64,000 nt of DNA from Myxococcota bacterium (lineage in GTDB: Bacteria; Myxococcota_A; UBA9160; UBA4427), in contig OZ252299.1 in NCBI GenBank assembly GCA_965250285.1, forward strand, positions 3,328,001-3,392,000, in the 5' to 3' direction. Below the pieces are notes generated by a model. The model was not told the origin of the DNA. It searched no databases and worked only from the letters and a program-made list of their open reading frames with translations. The position numbers and the translations under genes were made by a program. This document shows positions 50,873 to 60,947 of the stretch, in pieces (positions within the stretch are counted from its first letter, which is position 1; each line of letters starts with the position of its first letter).

Positions 50873-51355
50873 TCACATGTGGTTCGGCGCGTAGGGCAGC
50901 AGCGCGAGGTGCCGCGCGCGCTTGATCGCGACGGCCAGCTGGCGCTGATGCTTCGCGCAGGTGCCCGAGATGCGGCGCGGCGTCATCTTGCCGGTCTCGG
51001 TGATGAAGAGGCGAAGCGTCTTGACCTCCTTGTAGTCGATCTGGAGGTTCTTGTCGGCGCAGAAGCGGCACACCTTGCGGCGCTGGAACATGCCCTTCTG
51101 CTTGCGCTGCTTCCTCGCCTTCTTGCGCGCGGCGGCGCGCAGGCGCCCCTTCGGGCTCATCGGCGGCCGGGGCGGCCGATCGGGGCGGTCACCGCGCGGG
51201 CCGCGGGGACCGCGGTCGAAGCCGCCTCCTCCTCCGCCGCCGCCGGGGCGATCCCCACTCGGGCGATCACCGCTCGGGCGGTCGCCGGCCGGTCGATCCG
51301 TCGTCGGCGCGGAAGCTTCGGTCTGGGGCCGCGGGGAATCGATGGTCTCGCTCAT
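50873..51355 (-). CDS. rpsR: 30S ribosomal protein S18 with a long N-terminal extension
   Basis: [35 protein letters not shown]...LLPY (zinc-type). Confidence 0.97.
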   Translation of the reverse strand: MSETIDSPRPQTEASAPTTDRPAGDRPSGDRPSGDRPGGGGGGGGFDRGPRGPRGDRPDRPPRPPMSPKGRLRAAARKKARKQRKQKGMFQRRKVCRFCADKNLQIDYKEVKTLRLFITETGKMTPRRISGTCAKHQRQLAVAIKRARHLALLPYAPNHM

Positions 51356-51939
51356 GCCGAGGCCTCCTTCGTGCTGTCGTCATCGCCGGCCGTCTCGGCC
51401 GCGGGCTCTTCGGCCGCGGTCTCTTCGGTCGGGGTCTCGGTCGCCTCGCCTTCGGCGGGGGCCGCGGCGGCAGCCTCTTCCTCAGCGGCCTTGGCCGCCG
51501 CCTCGGCAGCGGCCTTCGCCGCGGCCTCGGCCTCGGCGGCCGCGCGGGCCTTCGCCTCTTCGGCTTCGCGCGCCGCCTTCTCGGCGAGGCGCTTCTGCAG
51601 CTCGGCTTCCTTCTCGCGGGCCGCGGCGACGCGCCCTTCGACGTCCTGCACCTCGTCCTCGACCTTCACGGTCAGGAAGCGCAGGACGCTCTCCTCGATG
51701 CGCAGCGTGCGCTCGAGCTCGTCGACGACCTTGCCGTCATCGAGGAACGACAGCAGGTAGTAGTGACCCTTCTGAAACTTCTGGATCGGGTAGGCGAACT
51801 TGCGCTTGCCCTGATCGTCGAGCAGCAGTCGGGTCGAGCCCGCGCCCTCGAGGATCTCATCCAGCTTGGCGAGCAGCGTCGCGGAGCCCTCTTCCGAGAT
51901 CTCCGGCTGGATGATGAAATTGAACTCGTATTCCCGCAC
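51352..51939 (-). CDS. rpsF: 30S ribosomal protein S6 with a long Ala/Glu/Lys C-terminal extension
   Basis: [24 protein letters not shown]. Confidence 0.95.
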   Translation of the reverse strand: MREYEFNFIIQPEISEEGSATLLAKLDEILEGAGSTRLLLDDQGKRKFAYPIQKFQKGHYYLLSFLDDGKVVDELERTLRIEESVLRFLTVKVEDEVQDVEGRVAAAREKEAELQKRLAEKAAREAEEAKARAAAEAEAAAKAAAEAAAKAAEEEAAAAAPAEGEATETPTEETAAEEPAAETAGDDDSTKEASA

Positions 51940-52146
51940 GAACGACTCCTCCTGGACGGCCCGGTGAAGGCCGGGCCCACGCGGTTCTCTCGTCGGAGGG
52001 TTCTCTCGTCGAGAGTCGGCGCGCCGTCGGGTGGACGCGCCGCGCGTGGACCGAGGTTGGGATGAAGGGCCGGCGAAGCGACCCGTTGGGATCCGGGGGT
52101 TTACCTCAGATCCGGGGCGGCTGCCAAGCCAAGCCCCCGGGGCCGA

Positions 52147-52716
52147 TCAGCCTCCCAGCCAGGCCGCGTGCACGCGCAGGTCGTCGGTCAGCTCGGGGTG
52201 GAACGTCGAGGCCCAGACGGCCCCCTGCCGCACCAGTACCGGCTTCCCCTCCACCCGCGCGAGCACCTCGACGTCGGGGCCCAGGCCGGCCAGCACGGGC
52301 GCCCGGATGAAGACGCACTCGAGGCCGTCGAAGGGCGTATCGGCGTCGGCATCGGCCGGCGCGATGAACGAGTCGAGCTGGGTGCCATAGGCGTTGCGCT
52401 CGGCGACGGCGTCGAGCAGACCGAGCGTGCGCACGGGGTGGTTGCGGCTCTCGCGCGCCAGCAGGATCGCGCCCGCGCACGTGCCGAACACCCGACCACC
52501 GCCGGCTACGAAGGCCTGGATCGGCTCTTCGAGGCCGTGCCGTTCGAGCCCCATCGAGATCGTCGTGCTCTCACCGCCCGGCAGCACGAGCCCGTCGAGG
52601 CCCTCGAGATCCTCCTTGCGGAGCACCGGGCGCACCTCGGCGCCGAGTCGCTCCAGGGCGCGGCGGTGTTTCTCGACCGCGCCCTGAATCGTAACGATGC
52701 CGATACGCGTCTTCAT
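52147..52716 (-). CDS. pdxT: PLP synthase glutaminase subunit
   Basis: PGGESTT, FGTCAG, RNAYG, FIRAP, FHPEL. Confidence 0.96.
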   Translation of the reverse strand: MKTRIGIVTIQGAVEKHRRALERLGAEVRPVLRKEDLEGLDGLVLPGGESTTISMGLERHGLEEPIQAFVAGGGRVFGTCAGAILLARESRNHPVRTLGLLDAVAERNAYGTQLDSFIAPADADADTPFDGLECVFIRAPVLAGLGPDVEVLARVEGKPVLVRQGAVWASTFHPELTDDLRVHAAWLGG

Positions 52717-52746
52717 CGATCCAGCCCCATCCAGCCGACGGCCGGC

Positions 52747-53676
52747 CTACCAGCCGCGGTTCGCGAGGCGCTCGCTCTCGTCGAGGGTCGACATCTCGAT
52801 GCCCTCCATCGCCGAGCCGAGGCCGCGGTGGGCCGCGAGGATCTCACCGGGATCCTCCCAGTGCGTATTCGCGTGCACCACGGCCTTCGCGCGCTTCTCG
52901 GGGTCGCTGCTCTTGAAGATGCCGCTGCCCACGAACACTGCCTCGGCGCCGAGCTGTCGGCAGAGCGCCGCGTCGGCGGGCGTCGCGATGCCGCCGGCCG
53001 CGAAGTTCGGCACGGGGAGCTTTCCGTTGTCGTGGACATAGCGGACGAGGTCGTAGGGCGCGCCGAGATTCTTGGCGACCGTCATCAGCTCGTCGGGGCG
53101 CATGGCCTGAATCTGGCGCATCTCGCCGACGACGCTGCGCAGGTGCCGCACCGCCTCGACGATGTTGCCGCTGCCCGCCTCGCCCTTGGTGCGCATCATC
53201 GCCGCCCCCTCGCCGATGCGCCGCAGCGCCTCGCCCAGGTTGCGCGCGCCGCACACGAAGGGCACGGCGAAGGCGTGCTTGTCGACGTGGAACTCGTCGT
53301 CGGCCGGTGTCAGCACCTCGCTCTCGTCGATGAAGTCGACACCCATGGCTTCGAGCACCGACGCCTCGCTGAAGTGCCCGATGCGGACCTTCGCCATGAC
53401 CGGGATCGACACCGCGCGCTGGATGCCCTCGATCATGTCGACGGCGCTCATGCGGGCCACGCCGCCGTCCTTGCGGATGTCGGCGGGGACACGCTCGAGG
53501 GCCATGACGGCACAGGCCCCGGCCTGCTCGGCGATCTTCGCCTGCTCGGGGTCGACGACATCCATGATGACGCCGTTCTTGAGCATCTCGGCGAGGCCGA
53601 TCTTCAGCTCGAAGGCCTCGGCGCCTCGGCGCCCCTGACCGTTTCCACCACTTCCGTTGGTTCCTTCTCTGGACAT
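52747..53676 (-). CDS. pdxS: PLP synthase lyase subunit
   Basis: [46 protein letters not shown]-terminal RGW. Confidence 0.97.
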   Translation of the reverse strand: MSREGTNGSGGNGQGRRGAEAFELKIGLAEMLKNGVIMDVVDPEQAKIAEQAGACAVMALERVPADIRKDGGVARMSAVDMIEGIQRAVSIPVMAKVRIGHFSEASVLEAMGVDFIDESEVLTPADDEFHVDKHAFAVPFVCGARNLGEALRRIGEGAAMMRTKGEAGSGNIVEAVRHLRSVVGEMRQIQAMRPDELMTVAKNLGAPYDLVRYVHDNGKLPVPNFAAGGIATPADAALCRQLGAEAVFVGSGIFKSSDPEKRAKAVVHANTHWEDPGEILAAHRGLGSAMEGIEMSTLDESERLANRGW

Positions 53677-53712
53677 CTCGTCCCTCCTAGCCAGAGCGCG
53701 GTCGCGCTCCTT

Positions 53713-53790
53713 CGATGCGTTGCGAACCAGCGCTACAGGTGCAGGCTCGCCCGATGCAATGCGTGCCGGCGCTACAGGTGCAGGCTCGCC
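53713..53790. repeat. 39-bp tandem duplication spanning the pdxR-like stop codon
   Basis: 53713-53751 and 53752-53790 are 34/39 identical, and the last 22 bp match exactly. Confidence 0.9.
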
Positions 53791-55256
53791 GGCTGTCGTG
53801 CACTCGCGCCGGCGTCGACGTGGGCACGCACCACGCGCCCCAGCGCCTCGACGCCCGCGCGAATCTGCTCTTCGCTCGTCTGCGCGATCACGATGCGCAG
53901 ACAGGCCGAAGCGCGCCCGTCGGCGTTGAACTGCGAGCCGGGCGCGAAGACCACGCCGGCGCGCGTCGCGTCGGCCAGCAGCTCGCGCGTATCGATCTCG
54001 TGGGGCAGCTCGACCCAGACCTGGTAGCCGCCTTCGGGCTTCGTGAAGCGGGTGCCCTCAGGCATGTGCGCCGCGAGCGCTTCGGCGAGCGCGGCGTGTC
54101 GCTTGCGCAGCTCGCGGCGAATGCGGCCGAGGTGGCGATCGTAGGCCCCGCTTGCGAGGAACTCGGCCATCGCCGCCTGCAGCGGCGCCGAGTCGGAGAG
54201 ATCGGTCGCGTGCTTGAGCGCGACGAGCCCGTCGAGGGCGCGGCCACGGGCAAGGATCGAACCGACGCGAGCGCCCGGGAAGAGCGACTTCGACAGCGAG
54301 AAGAGGTGGGTCACGATGCCGCGCTCGTCGAGCGCCGCGAGCGACGGCACGGGCCGACCGCTGCAGCGGAGATCCATCTCGAAGGCGTCCTCGATCACGG
54401 GCTTGCCGCAGCGCGCCGCGACCTCGAGCAGCGTCCGGCGAGCCGCCACGCTGGTGGTCGTCCCCATCGGATTGTGAAAGGTGGGGATCGTGTAGAAGGC
54501 CTTCACGTCGGGCCGACCGAGCACGCGCTCGAGCGCGGCGAGATCGGGCCCGTCGCCGGTCATCTCGACCTCGACGGGGCGCACGCCCTGCCCCGCCATC
54601 GTCGCCAGGACGTTGTGGTACGTCGGCGCCTCGACCGCGACGGCGTCGCCGGGCTCGGTGAAGAGCCGCAGGGCGAGCGAGATGCCCTGGCTGGCGCCGT
54701 GGCACAGCACGAGGTCGCGCGCGTCGACCTCGATGCCGGCCGCACGAAACCGCGCGGCCAGGGCCTCGCGGAGCGGCGGATGCCCCTGGGGCTCGCCATA
54801 GAGAAAGAGCCGCTCGCCGCCCTCGGCCACCGCGCGGTTGAACGCCTTGCGAAAGTCGTCGACCGGATACAGTGCGGGATCGGGGATCAGCGAGTGGAAC
54901 GGCACGAGGTCGCCGGCCGCGCCGAAGCGGGGCCGAGCCTTCTCGATCTCGAGCAGGCGATCGACGCCGTCGGCGAGCGTGACGGCGACAGGCTCGCCCG
55001 CGGCCGCCGGGGTGCCCCGCACGAACGTGCCCCGGCCGACGACCGACTCGACGAGGCCCTCGTCGGCCAGGCTCTCGTAGGCGAGCGCGACGGTGTCACG
55101 GTTCACGCCGAGATCGCCGGCCAGGCTTCGAATCGGGGGGAGGCGCGCGCCCGCGCCCAGCTCACCGCTCGCGATCTGCTCGCGAATCGCGTCCGCGATG
55201 CGCCGGTAGACCGGCCCATCGGCCGCCGGATCGATCTGAAAGGCCCCGGTCGCCAT
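53772..55256 (-). CDS. MocR/GabR-family regulator (GntR HTH + PLP aminotransferase domain), PdxR-like
   Basis: RLPPIRSLA...[33 protein letters not shown]. Adjacent to pdxST. Confidence 0.9.
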   Translation of the reverse strand: MATGAFQIDPAADGPVYRRIADAIREQIASGELGAGARLPPIRSLAGDLGVNRDTVALAYESLADEGLVESVVGRGTFVRGTPAAAGEPVAVTLADGVDRLLEIEKARPRFGAAGDLVPFHSLIPDPALYPVDDFRKAFNRAVAEGGERLFLYGEPQGHPPLREALAARFRAAGIEVDARDLVLCHGASQGISLALRLFTEPGDAVAVEAPTYHNVLATMAGQGVRPVEVEMTGDGPDLAALERVLGRPDVKAFYTIPTFHNPMGTTTSVAARRTLLEVAARCGKPVIEDAFEMDLRCSGRPVPSLAALDERGIVTHLFSLSKSLFPGARVGSILARGRALDGLVALKHATDLSDSAPLQAAMAEFLASGAYDRHLGRIRRELRKRHAALAEALAAHMPEGTRFTKPEGGYQVWVELPHEIDTRELLADATRAGVVFAPGSQFNADGRASACLRIVIAQTSEEQIRAGVEALGRVVRAHVDAGASARQPASLHL

Positions 55257-55263
55257 GGTCGGC

Positions 55264-55366
55264 AAGGTAGACGGGGGCCTCGACCCGTTCAATGTCGTTT
55301 TGTCGGGACAATCTGGGAAAGATCGGGCGCCTCTTTGCGGCCCGATCCGGACAATTCCCGGGACAC
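55264..55366 (-). promoter_or_regulatory. Sigma-70 promoter of the MocR gene with candidate operator repeats
   Basis: TTGAAC-17 nt-TACCTT on the minus strand. TTGTC-GG-GACAA palindrome (55300-55311). GGACAAT at 55306 and 55349. Confidence 0.6.
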
Positions 55367-55373
55367 CCGGGGG

Positions 55374-56714
55374 TCAGTCCGGGAGCGGATCCTCGCTCGC
55401 GCGCGCCTCTTTCGAGGCGCCCGACGCGGCGAGCCGCGCCTCGTCATCGGCGGCCTCACCCACCCCGAGGAGCCGCCCGAGGACGAGCGCCGCCATCCCG
55501 ACGAGGCCGGACAGCAGGGCGCCCATCTTCGCCTGGCCCTGCATCACGAGATCGTCCGAGAAAGCCGCGTCCGCCACGAAGAGCGCGACGGTGAGACCGA
55601 GCGCGGCGATGAAGCCGCTCATCACGAGGTCATTCACGTTCATGCCATTCGGCAGCTTGAGCCCCACGGCCTGCGCGAGCAGCCCGGCCCCGGCGATCCC
55701 GATCGTCTTGCCGACCACGAGGCTGATCAGCACGAGCCACGTCATCGTGCCCGCGCTCGTCAGCTCGACGCCGGCGTTGCAGAACGCGAAGAAGAAGAGG
55801 CCGAAATCGACGAAGAACTTCGTCTGATGCTCGTACTTGTCGAGCGTCGAGTGCTCGACGTGCAGCTCGGCGGCGAGCTCGGGCCCCATCTGCTTGTACT
55901 CGTCGCGCTGATCGAAGAGACCGAAATCGCGACGCGGGGCCGGCAGGAACGGCACGACCACGGCGAGCGCGAGCGCGGGATGCAGGTGCGCCATGATGAG
56001 ACCGCTCCACGAGAGCGGACCCGCGACGAAGATGTACGGCTGCCACGCCTTGACACCGAAGCGACGCATCAGAAAGGCGACCAGCATGCCGCCGAGCGTG
56101 AGCAGCAGAAAGATCGGCTCGGCCGGCTGATCGGGGTCGCCGTAGAACGCGGCGATGATCACCAGACCGATCGCGTCGTCGGCGACCGCCAGCAGCAGCA
56201 GGAAGGCGACGGCGGGGTGCCCCTTGCCGAAGACCGTGCGCGCCACGAGCCACGCGAGCGCGATGTCGGTGGCCGTCGGGATGCCCCAGCCCCGCGCCAG
56301 GTGATCCCAGTCGTCGACGACCGGGTCGTAGAGTCCGAGCTGAAAGGCGCCCCAGAGCCCGAGGAAGAAGACGCCGACGGGGCCGACGACCCCACCGATC
56401 GTCGCGATCAGCGGCGTGACGGCCTTGGCCGGCGGGTTGAGCGCGCCGCCCGGCAGGCAGCTCTCGGTGATCTCCTTGGCGGCGATGCCGAAGAAGAACA
56501 CCATGAAGATGTCGTTCACCAGAAAGTGGAAGTCGAGCGTGTGCTTGAAGAGCTCGAGCCCGGCAACCGGCTCCCAGTGCAGGATGCGCTGATAGGCCTC
56601 GGGCGCTGCGTTCGCGACCATGAGGGCGACGAACACGCCCGAGAGCAGCGGGATCGAGAACTCCTGCAGGAGTTCGAGCACGCCGCGTTCCTGGTTGTCC
56701 TTCGCGCTGGACAC
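55374..56714 (-). CDS. nhaA: Na+/H+ antiporter NhaA
   Basis: VNDIFMVFFF, GWGIPTATDIA, LAVADD, FAFCNAGV, GKTIGI. Confidence 0.92.
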   Translation of the reverse strand: MSSAKDNQERGVLELLQEFSIPLLSGVFVALMVANAAPEAYQRILHWEPVAGLELFKHTLDFHFLVNDIFMVFFFGIAAKEITESCLPGGALNPPAKAVTPLIATIGGVVGPVGVFFLGLWGAFQLGLYDPVVDDWDHLARGWGIPTATDIALAWLVARTVFGKGHPAVAFLLLLAVADDAIGLVIIAAFYGDPDQPAEPIFLLLTLGGMLVAFLMRRFGVKAWQPYIFVAGPLSWSGLIMAHLHPALALAVVVPFLPAPRRDFGLFDQRDEYKQMGPELAAELHVEHSTLDKYEHQTKFFVDFGLFFFAFCNAGVELTSAGTMTWLVLISLVVGKTIGIAGAGLLAQAVGLKLPNGMNVNDLVMSGFIAALGLTVALFVADAAFSDDLVMQGQAKMGALLSGLVGMAALVLGRLLGVGEAADDEARLAASGASKEARASEDPLPD

Positions 56715-56980
56715 TCGCCGCCCCTACACCGCTTCTACGATTGCCGATGATCCCTGGGCCGCTGTTCGCGACACGCTGATGCGGACGACATCGAGCGGAA
56801 CCCCGTGCGCATCGCTCACGCGCGCATGCGGGTGGGGACCGGGGTGTCGACCGAGATCGGAGGCTACCGGGATTCGCCGCGCCTGGCTGCACCGTCGCGT
56901 GCCGAAGTGTTCGTGCCGCGGGGGCGCGCGCTCGCGCCGTGTCGGCTCGAGCGCACCGGGCCACCGCACCTGCGCCGAGT

Positions 56981-57583
56981 TCAGCCGGCCAGGTCGGGGC
57001 CGCCGCGGTTCGTCTCTTCCATCGCGCGATCGAGATCCCGCCCGAGCCAGGCGTCGATTGCTGCGACCGCTCGCCCGATCGTGCCCCTGAGGGGCTCCGT
57101 TTCCTCGGGTCGAAAGTCGCTGAGCACCCAGTCGACCACCGCCACGCCGTCGGCCGGGCGTCCGATCCCGATGCGCAGCCGCGGAACATCGCGGGTGCCC
57201 AGCCGATCGATCACGTCCGCGAGCCCGCGCTGCCCCCCGGCGCCGCCCGAGCCGCGCAGCCGCAGGCGGCCGAGCGGCAGGTCGAGATCGTCGTGCACGA
57301 CGAGCACGTCCGCCGGCGAGAGCTCGGGGTGCTCGGCGAGCGCGTCGGCGAGGCTGGCGCCGGAGCCGTTCATGAACGTCGTCGGCGCGAGCACGCCCAC
57401 GACGTGATCCGGCCCGCCTGCGTCGGCCTGCGTCGGGGTGTGAATCTGAGTGTAGAGCCCGTGGTGGCGCGGTACCGGCGCGGGCGCGCCCGCGCGCTGC
57501 GCCCAGGCGCGCACGGCCATGAACCCCACGTTGTGGCGGTGGGCGGCGTACGCGGGGCCCGGATTGCCGAGCCCCGCGATCAA
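56981..57583 (-). CDS. pth: Peptidyl-tRNA hydrolase
   Basis: GLGNPG, RHNVGF, PTTFMN, VHDDLDL, RLRIGIGRP. Start is uncertain. Confidence 0.95.
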   Translation of the reverse strand: MIAGLGNPGPAYAAHRHNVGFMAVRAWAQRAGAPAPVPRHHGLYTQIHTPTQADAGGPDHVVGVLAPTTFMNGSGASLADALAEHPELSPADVLVVHDDLDLPLGRLRLRGSGGAGGQRGLADVIDRLGTRDVPRLRIGIGRPADGVAVVDWVLSDFRPEETEPLRGTIGRAVAAIDAWLGRDLDRAMEETNRGGPDLAG

Positions 57584-57597
57584 CCGGGTGAGACGAC

Positions 57598-58266
57598 TCA
57601 GTCGTCGCTGCCGCCGGAGTCGGCCTCGGCCTTCTCCTCGCCGCCCTCGGCGGCTTCGGCGCCCTCTTCGCCCTCGGCGGCCTCTTCTTCGTCGGCCGCG
57701 ACACCGCGCGGAATCACGATGGCGGCGACCGGCAGCTCGGCCGGCGTCACCATCTCGGCGCCGTCGGGCAACGTCAGCTCGTTCACGTGCAGCGATTCAC
57801 CGAGGTCGAGGTGGCTCACGTCTGCGACGAGCTCGTCGGGGATCGCGCCCGCCTTGCAGCTGATGTCGACCTTGTGGAGCGAATGATCGAGCAGGCCGCC
57901 CATCATCACACCGTGGGGCGAACCGGTCAGGTGCACCGGCACCGAGACCGAGACGCGCGCCTCGGTGTCGACCTCGAACAGGTCGACGTGGCGGATGCGG
58001 CCCTTCAACGGATCGCGATCGAGATCCTTGACCATCACGGTTCGGCCGCCGACGCCGCTGTCGCCTTCGAGGTCGATCAGCGCGTTCAGGCCCGCGTGGT
58101 GAGTATGGATGATGCGGTCGAGGGTGCTCGGATCGAGGCTCACGGCCACGGGATCCTTGCCACCCCCGTAGACGACAGCGGGGACGCGGCCGGCGGCGCG
58201 CATCTTGCGCGCTGCGCCCTTGCCACGGCTCTCGCGTGCTTCGACGGCCAGGGATACTTCGCTCAC
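57598..58266 (-). CDS. rplY: 50S ribosomal protein L25/Ctc
   Basis: GKGAARKMR...VPAVVYG, HVD, VPVHLTG. Sits between prs and pth. Confidence 0.95.
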   Translation of the reverse strand: MSEVSLAVEARESRGKGAARKMRAAGRVPAVVYGGGKDPVAVSLDPSTLDRIIHTHHAGLNALIDLEGDSGVGGRTVMVKDLDRDPLKGRIRHVDLFEVDTEARVSVSVPVHLTGSPHGVMMGGLLDHSLHKVDISCKAGAIPDELVADVSHLDLGESLHVNELTLPDGAEMVTPAELPVAAIVIPRGVAADEEEAAEGEEGAEAAEGGEEKAEADSGGSDD

Positions 58267-58300
58267 GACTTGACTCCCACGGCGCGGATCGCGCCGACTT

Positions 58301-59239
58301 CTAGAACAGAGAGCTCACGCTCTCCTCGTTGTTGATGCGCCGAATCGCCTCACCGAGCTGTTGAGCCACGGAGACGACGTGAATCTTTTCGCTCTCGACC
58401 GCCTCGGGTCGGAGCGGGATGGTATCGGTGACGATCAGCTCACTCAGGTTCGACTCAGCGATGCGCTTGATCGCGGGCCCCGACAGCACGGGATGCGTGA
58501 TCGCGGCGTAGACGCCCGCGGCCCCCGAGTCGAGCAGGCTGTCGGCCGCGTTCTTGAGCGTCCCTGCGGTGTCGACGATGTCGTCGACGATCACGCAGGT
58601 CTTGCCTTCGACGTCACCGATGATGTGCATCACCTCGCTGACGTTCGCCCGCTCGCGGCGCTTGTCGATGATGGCGAGACCGACGTCGAGGCGCTTCGCG
58701 TAGGCACGAGCCCGCTCCACGCCCCCCGCATCGGGTGAGATGATCGCGATCTCGCCAGGCACACGCTCCTTGATCGCATCGATCAGCAGCGGGGTGGCGA
58801 AGAGGTTGTCGACGGGGATGTCGAAGAAGCCCTGAATCTGACCCGCGTGCAGATCCATGCAGAGCACACGATCGGCGCCCGCGGTCGTGATCAGATCGGC
58901 CACGAGCTTGGCCGTGATCGGCACGCGCGGCTTGACCTTGCGATCCTGTCGCGAGTAGCCGTAGTACGGGATCACCGCGGTGATGCGCCGCGCGGAGCTG
59001 CGCTTCAGCGCATCGATCATGATGAGCAGCTCCATGATGTGCCGGTTGGCCGGCGCGCACGTCGGCTGCAGCACGAAGACGTCCATGCCCCGCACGTTCT
59101 CGCCGATGTCGACGTTGCACTCGCCGTCGCTGAAGGTCGAGACCTCGCAGGTGCCGACCTCCATGTCGAGGTAGCGCGCGACGGCGTGGGCGAGCTTCGG
59201 ATTCGCGTTGCCGCTGAAGAGCTTCATGCCGTACTTCAT
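58301..59239 (-). CDS. prs: Ribose-phosphate pyrophosphokinase
   Basis: [50 protein letters not shown]. Confidence 0.97.
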   Translation of the reverse strand: MKYGMKLFSGNANPKLAHAVARYLDMEVGTCEVSTFSDGECNVDIGENVRGMDVFVLQPTCAPANRHIMELLIMIDALKRSSARRITAVIPYYGYSRQDRKVKPRVPITAKLVADLITTAGADRVLCMDLHAGQIQGFFDIPVDNLFATPLLIDAIKERVPGEIAIISPDAGGVERARAYAKRLDVGLAIIDKRRERANVSEVMHIIGDVEGKTCVIVDDIVDTAGTLKNAADSLLDSGAAGVYAAITHPVLSGPAIKRIAESNLSELIVTDTIPLRPEAVESEKIHVVSVAQQLGEAIRRINNEESVSSLF

Positions 59240-59418
59240 GCGCCTGTCTCTTCTGCCTTGGCCACCGCGGCCGCCTTGCTCGCCCGATGCGCGCTCTGCG
59301 CTCGGCGTTTCGAGCCTCGGATCCACGCGCCCGTCGGCCCCGAACCGGGGCCACGCAGGCTCACGTCTTCCGCTTCGTCGGTCCGAGATCGTCGGCCCAC
59401 GCTCCGCCCCAGCGACCC

Positions 59419-59494
59419 TGGTTGGGGCGGTAGGATTCGAACCTACAAATGGCGGCTCCAAAGGCCGCTGCCTTAACCATTTGGCGACGCCCCA
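59419..59494 (-). tRNA. tRNA-Gln (anticodon TTG)
   Basis: TGGGGCG acceptor stem, GCGGC-CT-TTG-GA-GCCGC anticodon arm, GGTTCGAATCC T-loop, encoded CCA. Usual ispE-tRNA-Gln-prs position. Confidence 0.97.
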
Positions 59495-59676
59495 AGAACG
59501 GCGAGCTCGCCGCCCTGGCCGGACACGTTGGGCCCGTCGCCCCGCGCCCGGTCGCTCCGACCGAAACGATCTCGATCGGCGCATGTCGGGGCCGACCCCC
59601 GCCGCGCCGTAGCCGAAGTGGCCAGGCCTTCGACGGGTGAACCGGCCCCGGAGCCAGGCTCGAGGCGGGCCAGAAT

Positions 59677-60585
59677 CTAACGGGCGCCGGGCGAAACCGC
59701 GACCCGGAACCACCCGGAATCGTTGACCGAAAGCCCCTCGACAGCCCGCTCGGCCGCCGTGCGACCAGCAAACACGCCGAAGACGGTGGCCCCGCTGCCG
59801 CTCTGCGCGCTGGCGAGTGCCCCCTGGCGCTCCAGCGCCGAGCGCAGATCGCGCATCGCCGGGCAGAGGGCCTCGGCGGCCGGCGCCAGATCGTTCTCGA
59901 GCAGCCGAGCCCACGCCGGGCGGTCGGGCCCGAAACCGGCGGCGCGAAGGCCCGCGATGGCGGCGGCCAGATCGCCCTGCGGGGCGAACGCGGTGCCCCC
60001 TTCGGCCCGGCCGCGGAACACGTCGGCGGTGGCGACGTCGACGCGCGGGTTCGCGAGCACGAAGACGAGCTCGGGCCAGTCGCCGAGCGCCTCGCGGTGC
60101 TCACCGATGCCGGTCACGACCGCGGGGCGCGGGTCGAGAAAGAACGGCACATCGGCGCCGAGCCGGGCGGCGACGTCGGCGAGCGCTTCTGGGGCGAGAT
60201 CGTCGGGAAACAGTCGGGCGAGGCCGCGCAGTACGGCGCCGGCGTCGCTCGACCCGCCGCCGAGACCGGCCGCCGAGGGGATGCGCTTGCGCAGCGCGAT
60301 CCGGATGGCGGCGCTTCGCCCCGCTCGGTCGAGGAACGCGCGAGCCGCGCGCACGGCGAGGTTTCGGTGATCGGTGGGGACATCGATGGTGAGCGCCGGG
60401 TCGGCATCGCCCGGCGCGAGCTCGAGGTCAATGGCATCACCGGGGCCGGCCTCGAGTTGCACGTCATCGTGCAGATCGACCGGCACGAACACGCTCTCGA
60501 GCAGGTGGTAGCCGTCGGCGCGCCGGCCCACGATGCGGAGGCCGAGGTTCAGCTTGGCGGGCGCTTCGAGCTCGACCCGGTCCAA
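59677..60585 (-). CDS. ispE: 4-diphosphocytidyl-2-C-methyl-D-erythritol kinase
   Basis: [44 protein letters not shown]. Confidence 0.96.
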   Translation of the reverse strand: MDRVELEAPAKLNLGLRIVGRRADGYHLLESVFVPVDLHDDVQLEAGPGDAIDLELAPGDADPALTIDVPTDHRNLAVRAARAFLDRAGRSAAIRIALRKRIPSAAGLGGGSSDAGAVLRGLARLFPDDLAPEALADVAARLGADVPFFLDPRPAVVTGIGEHREALGDWPELVFVLANPRVDVATADVFRGRAEGGTAFAPQGDLAAAIAGLRAAGFGPDRPAWARLLENDLAPAAEALCPAMRDLRSALERQGALASAQSGSGATVFGVFAGRTAAERAVEGLSVNDSGWFRVAVSPGAR

Positions 60586-60635
60586 TCGCTTCTCCGACTC
60601 GGTGGTCGCATGGGCTGCGCGCGCGCCGCGGCTGC

Positions 60636-60947
60636 TCAGTCGGGGGGGCCGAGCTTGAGGAAGTGCATGCGCAGCTCGTAGAGGAGACTCTCGAAGAGCT
60701 TGTCCTCTTCTTCTTCGAGGTTGCCTCGCGTCTTTTCTCGCAGCATGACGAGCGTATCGATCGTCTGGCGCGCAATGGTGCGATCGGGTGTCGCCTTCGT
60801 GCCCGACGCGGGGTCGGGCACGAGCCCCATCTGGTAGAGGGCACTCGTCGAGAGCGAGAGCAGGAACGTCGAGAAGTCGATGGCGGGCAGCTCACCCGCC
60901 TCGTCGGTCCCCTGCGCTTCGTCGCTGGCCCCGTCGTCACTTGCCAT
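60636..60947 (-). CDS. DUF1844 domain protein
   Basis: IDFSTFLLSL, ARQTIDTL...EKTRGNL, LYELRM. Confidence 0.9.
   Translation of the reverse strand: MASDDGASDEAQGTDEAGELPAIDFSTFLLSLSTSALYQMGLVPDPASGTKATPDRTIARQTIDTLVMLREKTRGNLEEEEDKLFESLLYELRMHFLKLGPPD

Noticed and set aside
56715..56980. Possible nhaA-I/nhaA-II riboswitch upstream of nhaA
   Set aside because: I could not recognise the consensus by eye. An Rfam/Infernal scan would be needed, so it is not claimed.
59240..59676. tRNA-Gln as a prophage or island integration site
   Set aside because: No integrase and no duplicated tRNA 3' end seen. The ispE-tRNA-prs order is intact.
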